Below are positions 1-7,806 of a stretch of DNA of 14,173 nucleotides, piece after piece (within the stretch, counting starts at the first letter, position 1; each line of letters opens with the position of its first letter). Source of the stretch: Candidatus Ratteibacteria bacterium (GTDB lineage: Bacteria > Ratteibacteria > UBA8468 > B48-G9 > JAFGKM01); the NCBI GenBank assembly GCA_046296715.1, contig JBKBIN010000037.1:1-14173 (forward strand), written 5' to 3'. The position numbers were made by a program, and so were the translations under genes. The notes beneath the pieces are model-generated. The model was not told where the DNA came from. It did no database searches and saw nothing but the letters and a program-made list of their open reading frames with translations.

Positions 1-1836
1 ATTGCTCATAGATATGCTGCTGTTGCTTGTGGACTTGGAGAAATTGGTTGGAATGGTTTATTTTTACATCCTGAATTTGGTCCAAGAGTCCGTCTTGTTA
101 CAATAATTACAAATGCAGAACTTTTTTCAGACCCTATGTATGATGGTGAAAAATTATGTGATAGATGTTTAGAATGTGTTAAAAATTGTCCGATAGATGC
201 ATTTAGAAAAGAGATAAAGAAAATAAATCAAATAGAGATTGGGGGTAAGGTTTTTAAATTCCCTGATACAAATAAATGGAGATGTGCTTGGGCTGAAAAT
301 TTTGGATTAAATCTTGCTTTGAAAATTCCTGAAAAAGTAGATGAGGATGTGATAATTGAAAATTTAGAAAAATATGGTTTTTTTAGTGGAGAGTTGGGTT
401 GGTGTCTTAAATTTTGTATGGTTCCTAAAAAAAGATATTATGATAAAAATTATTGTAAAGGACCCAGAAGGAAAAAAGAGAAAAAGAAAATAAAGATTGA
501 AGAAATAAAGAAAATTTTTGATAAATACCTGATTGATTTTTTGTCTATAAAAGATTTAAAATTTTTCAAAAATACAGTTAATCCTCAATTATATCTTCCA
601 GATGTCTGTTCAATAATTTCAATAGGAATTAAAAACCCGAAATTTTCTAATATTGAGATTGAAAATTATATAAAATATAGATTGATGAAATATGCTTCTT
701 TTGAGATTGCTCATTATTTTGATATAAATGGATATTCAGCAATAACCGATACAAAGATAGATAATAATTTGGTTGCTCATAAATCTGGTATCTGGCAGGA
801 AAATACATCTTTTTCAATAATTCTTGTAAGTGCAAAATTACCTCAAATAAACATTAAAAGAAAGATTAAAAAAGAAAAAATTGAAAAGGAAAAATTTAGA
901 GATTTCTGTAAAGAATATGGAGCAGATCTTGTTGGATTTTTTAACATAAAAAGATTCAATGAATTTAAAAATGAATTTCTAAAAAAAATTAAGTTGCCAG
1001 AACAAATTGAAAGAGGCTATGATATCTCGCCGATTTATAGACATACAAGCCCTACAATAAAAAAAGAAAAATTAAAATTAAAAGGGCCAAATGATTATTT
1101 AGAAGATGCAAAATCAGTAATTGTTATTGGACTTCATTATCCAGATGCAGTTATTGATTATGCAAAGATAACACCTGCAGAAACAGTTGGCCCTTATGCT
1201 TTTTGTCAGTTTGAATCATTAAATCTTTTAACAGATATTGCTTATAAAATTATTAAAAAACTGAATGATTTTGGATATAAAGGAGGCTATAGTTATGATT
1301 TAACTGGTCTTGCATCAAGTGTTTTAAGTTCAAGAGGACTTTTACCTGATAATAGAGCAAATTCTTATTCTGTTTTACTTTCAGGACTTGGTTATATTGG
1401 AAAAAATGGAGTTCCTATAACTAAACAATTTGGGCAAAGACAAAGATTTTTATCTATAATAACTGACTTTGAATTTGAAAATGATCCTCTTTATAATGGA
1501 GAAAATTTCTGTAAAAACTGTGATGAGTGTATTAAAAACTGTCCTACGAATGCAATAAAAGCGAAAGAGAGGAAAATTAAGATAGAAAATAAAATATTCC
1601 AAATACCAGTAATAGATGAGTTTTCATGTGATTGGGCAAAAAGATACGGGCTTGATGGAAAAGATGGAGTAAAATTTATGGGTATTGATACTAATTTTAA
1701 AGTTCCAGAAAAAAATAGAAAGGAAAAACTTATTGAAAATTTAATAAAAGTAAAATGGGGTGTTCAGAAAAGGCATTTAAATATATGTGAGGAATGTATA
1801 AGAAATTGTAAATATAAAGGGGGTAAAAAATGTTAA
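1..1836 (+). CDS. 5'-truncated multi-module RdhA/QueG-like cobalamin- and 4Fe-4S-dependent reductase (two Fe-S-bearing modules flanking a degenerate middle module)
   Basis: Frame 1 is open from base 1 (IAHRYAAVACGLGEIGWNGLFLHPEFGPRVRLVTIITNAELFSDP), so the track start at 136 is internal. Module 1 has CDRCLECVKNCP...WRCAW...CLKFC. The last module has YGADLVG, AKSVIVIG, GLGYIGKNG...FGQRQRFLSIITD, CKNCDECIKNCP...CDW...CEECIRNC. Confidence 0.85.
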   Translation: MAHRYAAVACGLGEIGWNGLFLHPEFGPRVRLVTIITNAELFSDPMYDGEKLCDRCLECVKNCPIDAFRKEIKKINQIEIGGKVFKFPDTNKWRCAWAENFGLNLALKIPEKVDEDVIIENLEKYGFFSGELGWCLKFCMVPKKRYYDKNYCKGPRRKKEKKKIKIEEIKKIFDKYLIDFLSIKDLKFFKNTVNPQLYLPDVCSIISIGIKNPKFSNIEIENYIKYRLMKYASFEIAHYFDINGYSAITDTKIDNNLVAHKSGIWQENTSFSIILVSAKLPQINIKRKIKKEKIEKEKFRDFCKEYGADLVGFFNIKRFNEFKNEFLKKIKLPEQIERGYDISPIYRHTSPTIKKEKLKLKGPNDYLEDAKSVIVIGLHYPDAVIDYAKITPAETVGPYAFCQFESLNLLTDIAYKIIKKLNDFGYKGGYSYDLTGLASSVLSSRGLLPDNRANSYSVLLSGLGYIGKNGVPITKQFGQRQRFLSIITDFEFENDPLYNGENFCKNCDECIKNCPTNAIKAKERKIKIENKIFQIPVIDEFSCDWAKRYGLDGKDGVKFMGIDTNFKVPEKNRKEKLIENLIKVKWGVQKRHLNICEECIRNCKYKGGKKC

Positions 1837-2744
1837 ATTCAAAAAAGGTTAAAGAGGTTGCAAAAAAGTTAGGAGCAGATTTAGTAGGAATAGCAGATGT
1901 AAATAGATTTGAAGGAGCACCAAAACAGATGGATCCAAGGTATATAAATCCAGATGCAAAGGCATTGATAGTTATTGGATTAAGAATACCAAGAGGGGCA
2001 TTGAGAGGTATTGAAGAAGGAACTTATTTTCTTTCCTACTCTTCTCAGGGATATGGAAGTATAAATATGATTTACAACCCTTTTATTCTTTATCATTTAA
2101 CAAGGTTTATTGAAGATAATGGATATGAAGCAACTCCTATACCAAATGATTACTATGACTGGCCTGCAATAACATATCATGATGGAAAATTAAAAGAAAA
2201 TTGGTCTCGTCCTGTATCTCCTGAAAAACCAATGCCTGACATCTTTATTCATTTCAGAATTGCTGCTTATCTTGCAGGACTTGGAGAGATTGGATATAGT
2301 AAACTTTTATTAACACCTGAATTTGGATCAAGACAGAGATTTGCTTGTATTTTAACAGATGCACCACTTGAACCAGATCCTATATACCAAGGACCTAAAT
2401 TATGCGATAGATGTATGGCGTGTGTAAAAGAATGTTCAGCAGGAGCAATAAGTAGAGATGAGGTGGTTAAGGTAAGATTTAAAGCATTAGGGACTGAAGT
2501 TGAATGGGGAAAACTTGATATAGATGCATGTACAAAAGGATTTCAAGGGTATGAACCATATAAAAAATATAATCCATTTATAGGCCAACCAAGTAAGGTT
2601 ATTATCTATTCAAGGGCACTTGAAGGAGCAAGAGGTTGTATAAGGGCATGTATGATACATCTTGAAAGCCAGGGAAAATTAAAGAATAAATTTAAAGGCC
2701 CATTTAGAAAGAGAAAGGCATGGTATATTGAATGGGAAAAATAA
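1830..2744 (+). CDS. RdhA/QueG-like cobalamin/4Fe-4S reductase, paralog 2 (304 aa)
   Basis: AKKLGADLVGIA, RGIEEGT, AGLGEIGYSKLLLTPEFGSRQRFACILTDAPLEPDP, CDRCMACVKEC, GCIRAC. AAGGGGG SD upstream; ATG overlaps the previous gene's stop. Confidence 0.85.
   Translation: MLNSKKVKEVAKKLGADLVGIADVNRFEGAPKQMDPRYINPDAKALIVIGLRIPRGALRGIEEGTYFLSYSSQGYGSINMIYNPFILYHLTRFIEDNGYEATPIPNDYYDWPAITYHDGKLKENWSRPVSPEKPMPDIFIHFRIAAYLAGLGEIGYSKLLLTPEFGSRQRFACILTDAPLEPDPIYQGPKLCDRCMACVKECSAGAISRDEVVKVRFKALGTEVEWGKLDIDACTKGFQGYEPYKKYNPFIGQPSKVIIYSRALEGARGCIRACMIHLESQGKLKNKFKGPFRKRKAWYIEWEK
2270..2327 (+). repeat. 58-bp exact direct repeat, copy 1 (copy 2 at 4208-4265)
   Basis: tcttgcaggacttggagagattggatatagtaaacttttattaacacctgaatttgga is identical in paralogs 2 and 3. 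Confidence 0.9.
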
Positions 2745-3757
2745 AATTTTCTGTTGGATATCAATTGTTAGAAGAAGAAAGTTTTTCTGATATTGTTGAA
2801 AGATATAAAGATAGGATTGAAGAGGTTTATTTTCCATGGTTAAATTTACCAACTGGAAGAGGACCTATTGCAGAAAAATCCGGATATATAAACTGGTCTG
2901 CACAGAAACAACTTGAATTTGAATTAAAAAAAATAAAAAAAATGGGAATAAAACTTAATTTGCTTCTTAATGCTTCATGTTGGGGTGAAAATTCTTTATC
3001 AATAAATCTTGCAAATCTTGTTTTGTCAGTTGTTGAATATTTAAATGAAAATATAGGAATTGATTCTATTACTGCTTTTTCTCCACTTGTTGCTTATATT
3101 ATAAAGAAAAATTTTGAAGATGTTGAAGTAAGAGCAAGTGTAAATATGAAAATAGGAACAACGAGAGCAATGGAACAGGTTAAGGAATTGTTTGATAGTT
3201 TTGTAATGCAGAGGGAATATAACAGAGATTTTGTAAGGATAGAGGAATTAAAAAAATGGTGTAATGAAAATGGGAAAAATTTAAGTATTCTTGTAAATAG
3301 TGGTTGTATAAATTTCTGTCCTGTTCAACTTTTTCATGATAATGTTATTTCACATGAAGTAGAAGTTTTTTCAAAAGCAAATATTTTAGAGGATATACCT
3401 GGGAATTGCTGGAGTTTTTACAGAAATACAGAAAACTGGAAATATTTAATTACAGGTTCCTGGGTAAGACCAGAAGATTTACATTATTATGAAGAATTTT
3501 TTGATACTGTTAAACTTGCAACAAGGATAAATCAAAATCCTGAAAAAGTTATAAAAGCATATTATGAAGAAAGATATGATGGAAATTTACTTGATTTGTT
3601 TGAGCCATCCCATAGCAAAATTTTATATCCATATATAATTGAAAATTCAAAATTTCCTGATAACTGGTTTGAAAAGATAATAAAATGTGGTAAGTTATGT
3701 CAGAATTGTTCATATTGTCAAGAAATTTTCAAAAAAGTTCTTGTTAAAAAATTTTAA
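2732..3757 (+). CDS. Peptidase-U32-family Fe-S protein (341 aa) with C-terminal Cys cluster
   Basis: U32-type motifs NLLLNASC, RASVN, REYNRD, ILVNSGCINFCP...H...C, WVRPEDL, KLATR, YDGNLLDL; C-terminal CGKLCQNCSYC. Overlaps the upstream gene by 13 nt. Confidence 0.75.
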   Translation: MGKIKFSVGYQLLEEESFSDIVERYKDRIEEVYFPWLNLPTGRGPIAEKSGYINWSAQKQLEFELKKIKKMGIKLNLLLNASCWGENSLSINLANLVLSVVEYLNENIGIDSITAFSPLVAYIIKKNFEDVEVRASVNMKIGTTRAMEQVKELFDSFVMQREYNRDFVRIEELKKWCNENGKNLSILVNSGCINFCPVQLFHDNVISHEVEVFSKANILEDIPGNCWSFYRNTENWKYLITGSWVRPEDLHYYEEFFDTVKLATRINQNPEKVIKAYYEERYDGNLLDLFEPSHSKILYPYIIENSKFPDNWFEKIIKCGKLCQNCSYCQEIFKKVLVKKF

Positions 3758-3770
3758 AGAGGAGATATAT

Positions 3771-4745
3771 ATGGAAATAACAAGTCAAATGGTAAAAGAA
3801 AAGGCAAGAAGTTTAGGAGCAGATAGAGTTGCAATTGGAAATATTGAAAGATGGGAAGGTGCACCAAAACAGATGGATCCAAAACAGATAATGCCAAATG
3901 CAAAAAGTGTAATAGCAATGGCTTTCAGAATTATGAGAGGGAGTTTAAGAGGAATAGAAGAAGGAACATTTTTCAGCAATTATTCTTCAATGGGTTATGG
4001 AGGTCTAACATATCTTTATATTCCAATCGTTGTTATAAATTTAAGTAAGTTTATAGAGGACTTTGGATATGAAGCAATACCTTATGGACATCAAAGCGAT
4101 TGGAGAGCAATTGATAATGAAGGGAATTTGAGAAAAAACTATAGTAAACCTGTTGCTCCTGGGAAAGCATATCCAGATGTTATGGTTCATTTAAGAATTG
4201 CTGGTTTTCTTGCAGGACTTGGAGAGATTGGATATAGTAAACTTTTATTAACACCTGAATTTGGACCAAGACAGAGGATAGGTATAGTAATAACAGAAGC
4301 ACCATTAGAACCAGATCCAATAATTGAACCAGGAACTTTATGTGATAGATGTATGGCGTGTGTAAAAGAATGTCCTGGAAATGCAATAAATCCAAAAGAA
4401 ACAGTAAAGGTAATTTTCCCTGGTCTTGGTGGTAAAGAAGTTGAATGGAATAAACTTGATTGTAAAGCATGTGATATTGCTTTTAGAGGAGGAAGACCAG
4501 TAAAACCAGAAGAAGATGATGGGTCTTTACCTGATTATACAGAACCAATGTATGGATATAAAATAAAACCAAATTACATAACTCCATTTTATAAAAAACC
4601 TCGTAATCTTTATAATGTAGGACAAGCAATTTGTGGAGCAAGATGTATGAGAGCATGTATGGTTCATCTTGAGAAAAAAAGGGTATTGAAAAATAAATTT
4701 AAAGAACCATTTAGAAAACAAAAATTATGGGAAGTTAAATGGTAA
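3771..4745 (+). CDS. RdhA/QueG-like cobalamin/4Fe-4S reductase, paralog 3 (324 aa)
   Basis: Start moved to ATG 3771, which follows AGAGGAG SD and aligns with the paralog N-termini. ARSLGADRVAIG, RGIEEGT, AGLGEIGYSKLLLTPEFGPRQR, CDRCMACVKECP, CKAC, CGARCMRAC. Confidence 0.85.
   Translation: MEITSQMVKEKARSLGADRVAIGNIERWEGAPKQMDPKQIMPNAKSVIAMAFRIMRGSLRGIEEGTFFSNYSSMGYGGLTYLYIPIVVINLSKFIEDFGYEAIPYGHQSDWRAIDNEGNLRKNYSKPVAPGKAYPDVMVHLRIAGFLAGLGEIGYSKLLLTPEFGPRQRIGIVITEAPLEPDPIIEPGTLCDRCMACVKECPGNAINPKETVKVIFPGLGGKEVEWNKLDCKACDIAFRGGRPVKPEEDDGSLPDYTEPMYGYKIKPNYITPFYKKPRNLYNVGQAICGARCMRACMVHLEKKRVLKNKFKEPFRKQKLWEVKW
4208..4265 (+). repeat. 58-bp exact direct repeat, copy 2 (copy 1 at 2270-2327)
   Basis: Base-by-base identity to 2270-2327, followed after one mismatch by 10 more identical bases (caagacagag). 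Confidence 0.9.
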
Positions 4746-4759
4746 AAAAGGAGAATAAT

Positions 4760-5611
4760 ATGGAAAAAGAAAAATTAAAAGAATTTGCAAAACAATTTAA
4801 AGCAGATTTGATAGGGATTGCAAGTATAGATAGATTTAAAGGAATAGATAAACAGCACCATCCAGAAAGTATTTTCCCAGAAGTAAAAAGTGTAATTGTA
4901 ATTGGGAAAAGAATAACAAGAGGTGCATTGAGGGGTATTGAAGAAGGAACTCAGTTTGGACTGTACAATTTATATGGTTATCAATGGTTAAACAATAGAA
5001 TTCTTGCCTTAACAACTTTTAAAATAGCCGAATTTCTTGAAGATAATGGATATGAAGCAGTTCCCTTGCCTGATATACCACACCAGATTCCACCTATGGG
5101 TATACCTGTTAAAAAAGGGAAACCTGCGCCAAATGTTTTAATAGATATTGAAGATGCAGCAATAAGGGCAGGACTTGGAGAGATTGGTTTTTGTGGAGTA
5201 TTTTTAACAAAAGAATTTGGACCAAGACAGAGATTTCAGGTAATACTTACAGATGCAGAGATTGAGCCAGATGAAATAAAAAAAGAAAATGTCTGTGATT
5301 TATGTAAAGAGTGTATGAAAATATGTCCACTTGGTGCAATAGATGGAAAAGAAAAAGAGATTAAGATATATGGGAAAAAGATGATTATAGCAGAAATAAA
5401 TTATGAATTATGTAAAAAATGTAAAAATGGAGTTTTCCTGAATATGTATTATGAAAAAGAAAAACCTGATAGAATTGCTGCATTATGTTCAAGGACCTGT
5501 CTTGCTCATCTTGAAGAAACCAAAAGAATAAAAAACTTATTTAATGAAAAATTTAGAAAAAGACCTGTATGGATGATTGATAAAAGTGGAGAAATTATAG
5601 AAGGAGATTAA
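4760..5611 (+). CDS. RdhA/QueG-like cobalamin/4Fe-4S reductase, paralog 4 (283 aa)
   Basis: ATG 4760 follows AAGGAG (4748-4753). AKQFKADLIGIA, VKSVIVIG, RGIEEGT, AGLGEIGFCGVFLTKEFGPRQR, CDLCKECMKICP, CKKC, LCSRTC. Confidence 0.85.
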   Translation: MEKEKLKEFAKQFKADLIGIASIDRFKGIDKQHHPESIFPEVKSVIVIGKRITRGALRGIEEGTQFGLYNLYGYQWLNNRILALTTFKIAEFLEDNGYEAVPLPDIPHQIPPMGIPVKKGKPAPNVLIDIEDAAIRAGLGEIGFCGVFLTKEFGPRQRFQVILTDAEIEPDEIKKENVCDLCKECMKICPLGAIDGKEKEIKIYGKKMIIAEINYELCKKCKNGVFLNMYYEKEKPDRIAALCSRTCLAHLEETKRIKNLFNEKFRKRPVWMIDKSGEIIEGD

Positions 5612-5612
5612 A

Positions 5613-6671
5613 ATGAAATTAACAAAAGAAATGATAAGGGAAACAGGTTATAAACTTGGACTTGATTTAATTGGATTTGCAAATATAGAAAGATTTAAAG
5701 ATGCACCAGAAAATATGAATCCTAAAAATGTCTTTCCAGAAGCAAAAACAGTTATAGTTGTTGGGAAAAGAATTTTAAGAGGTGGATGGAGAGGAATAGA
5801 AGAAGGAACAAACTGGATATCCTATACTTACTTTGATTATCACGGGCTTTTAAATACATTTTTTATACCTGAACCACTTTATCAACTTGCCTGTTTTATT
5901 GAGGACTTTGGATATGAGGCAGTTCCTTATTATCCAGGAGTGCCTGAAGCACAGAATCCAGATACAAAACCGCTGAGAAAAAATCAAATTCCTCCAGATG
6001 TTCATCTTGCCATAAGAATTGCTGCTATCTGTGCAGGACTTGGAGAAATTGGCTGGAGCAAGGTATTTTTAACAAAAAAATTTGGTCCAAGACAGAGATT
6101 GCATGCTATTATAACTGATTTAGAAATTGAACCGGATGACCTTGTAAAACCAGCAAGTATATGTAAAAAATGTATGGAATGTGTAAAGGATTGTCCTTCG
6201 TATGCAATCCCTCATATAAAAGAAAATAAAAAAATTCAAATAAAAATTGAAAATTATGTTTATGAATGGGCAGATATTGACCTTGGAAAATGTACATTGA
6301 GTTATCATGGAGGAGATTCAAGAGTTTCTCCTTTTATACATAAAGATTTTCCTGGTTGGAAGATAGATGCAAGAAAACAGGAATTTTCAGAAGAAACAGC
6401 ATATAAATTTTGTTGGACTTTATCAACAGATAGATGGAGAAAAACAAAAGAATATCCTTCTGGTTATATTATAGAAGGTCATGCAATGATACAAAAATGG
6501 GGAGAGGGTGGAAGTTATGGTATATGTGGCTCAAGGGGTTGTATGAGAAGTTGTTTTAATTATCTTGAGAAAAATTGTGTTATTGAGCAAAGATTTAAAG
6601 GAGGAGATTTTATAAAAAGGAAAAGATGGTTATTACCTTATAAAGTTAAAAGGAAAGATAAAGATGAATAA
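5613..6671 (+). CDS. RdhA/QueG-like cobalamin/4Fe-4S reductase, paralog 5 (352 aa)
   Basis: AAGGAG SD at 5601-5606. GLDLIGFA, AKTVIVVG, RGIEEGT, AGLGEIGWSKVFLTKKFGPRQR, CKKCMECVKDCP, GKC, CGSRGCMRSC. Confidence 0.85.
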   Translation: MKLTKEMIRETGYKLGLDLIGFANIERFKDAPENMNPKNVFPEAKTVIVVGKRILRGGWRGIEEGTNWISYTYFDYHGLLNTFFIPEPLYQLACFIEDFGYEAVPYYPGVPEAQNPDTKPLRKNQIPPDVHLAIRIAAICAGLGEIGWSKVFLTKKFGPRQRLHAIITDLEIEPDDLVKPASICKKCMECVKDCPSYAIPHIKENKKIQIKIENYVYEWADIDLGKCTLSYHGGDSRVSPFIHKDFPGWKIDARKQEFSEETAYKFCWTLSTDRWRKTKEYPSGYIIEGHAMIQKWGEGGSYGICGSRGCMRSCFNYLEKNCVIEQRFKGGDFIKRKRWLLPYKVKRKDKDE

Positions 6672-7806
6672 ACTGAGAGAAGTTGGTAAATACGATGTTA
6701 TAGTTGTTGGAGGGGGAATTGCAGGAGTAAGTGCATCTATTGCTTCTGCGAGAAATGGAATGAAAGTTTGTTTGATTGAAAAATTTTGTGCTCTTGGTGG
6801 ACTTGCAACTATTGGAAATGTCTGTGTTTATTTGCCTTTATGTGATGGTAAAGGGAATCAGGTTATTGGAGGACTTGCTGAAGAATTACTTAAACTTTCT
6901 ATTTCAGATGGATATAAGGATATTCCAAAGGCTTGGAAAGAGAAAAAAGACATAGAAGAAAGAAAAAAGGAAAGATATCAAGTTGAATTTAATCCTGTTT
7001 CATTTATGCTTTTGCTTGAAGAACTTGTTTTGAAAGAAGGAGTTGAAATAAGGTATGATACAAAGTTTTGTGGAGTAATAAAAGAAAATAATGAAATAAC
7101 AGGTCTGATAATTGAAGATAAAGAAGGAAGAGGTATTATTAAATGCAAGGTTGTTGTTGATGCAAGTGGAGATGCTGATGTGTGTTATTTTTCAGGAGAA
7201 GATGTAGTTTCAGTAGATGCAAATGTTCCAGTTGCCTGGTTTTTCTATTTTGATGGTAAAGAGGTTAAAAGAAATGTAGTTGGTGAAAGATATGACCCTT
7301 ATAATAAAAATGTTAAAGGATTTTCTGCAAATACTGCTAAAGAAATAACAGAGCAGATTATAAAATCAAGAGAGTATATAAGAAGAAAAATTAAACAATT
7401 GAGAGAACAAAATCCAAATATTTATCCTATTTCAATACCACTTATGCCAACACTTAGGATGACAAGAAGATTGAAAGGGAAAATAGAGTTAAGAGAAGAA
7501 GATAAAGGCAAAATTTTCCCTGATAGTGTGGGAATGACAGGTGATTGGAGAAAATCAGGGCCAGTTTACTACATTCCTTTTTCCTGTCTATATGGAGTTA
7601 AAACAAAAAACCTAATAACTTCTGGAAGATGTATTTCTGCTGAAAGTGCGTGGGACATTATAAGAGCAATCCCAACCTGTGCTTTAACAGGTGAAATTGC
7701 CGGAACTGCTTCTTCCTTACTTATTAAAGAAAAATCTGAAAGTTTTTCTTCTCTTGACATAAAAAAAATGCAAAAAATTTTAAATAAGCAAGGAGTAATC
7801 ATTTAA
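6664..7806 (+). CDS. FAD-dependent oxidoreductase (FAD_oxidored/PF12831-like, 380 aa)
   Basis: YDVIVVGGGIAG Rossmann motif, LIEK...LGGLAT, VVVDASGDADV, TRRLKG, YYIPFSCL...NLITSGRCISA, RAIPTCALTGEIAG. Overlaps the upstream gene (ATGAATAA). Confidence 0.85.
   Translation: MNKLREVGKYDVIVVGGGIAGVSASIASARNGMKVCLIEKFCALGGLATIGNVCVYLPLCDGKGNQVIGGLAEELLKLSISDGYKDIPKAWKEKKDIEERKKERYQVEFNPVSFMLLLEELVLKEGVEIRYDTKFCGVIKENNEITGLIIEDKEGRGIIKCKVVVDASGDADVCYFSGEDVVSVDANVPVAWFFYFDGKEVKRNVVGERYDPYNKNVKGFSANTAKEITEQIIKSREYIRRKIKQLREQNPNIYPISIPLMPTLRMTRRLKGKIELREEDKGKIFPDSVGMTGDWRKSGPVYYIPFSCLYGVKTKNLITSGRCISAESAWDIIRAIPTCALTGEIAGTASSLLIKEKSESFSSLDIKKMQKILNKQGVII

Noticed and set aside
136..4759. ORF-track starts at 136, 3687 and 4739
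   Set aside because: 136 is internal to a frame open from base 1. 3771 and 4760 have strong SD sites and align with the paralog N-termini.
2270..6100. Recurrent gcaggacttggaga(g/a)attgg as a CRISPR or mobile-element repeat
   Set aside because: It encodes the conserved AGLGEIG motif inside paralogous genes, with gene-scale spacing and no spacers.
1830..6671. Calling the paralogs respiratory reductive dehalogenases (rdhA)
   Set aside because: They are only about 280-350 aa, have no RRxFxK Tat leader, and no rdhB-like small hydrophobic ORF is in the window.
1..6671. Assigning the symbol queG
   Set aside because: The QueG-type YAxGxDYH and GSW/FLGE motifs are absent, the FGPRxR segment is RdhA-like, and five copies do not fit a housekeeping tRNA enzyme.
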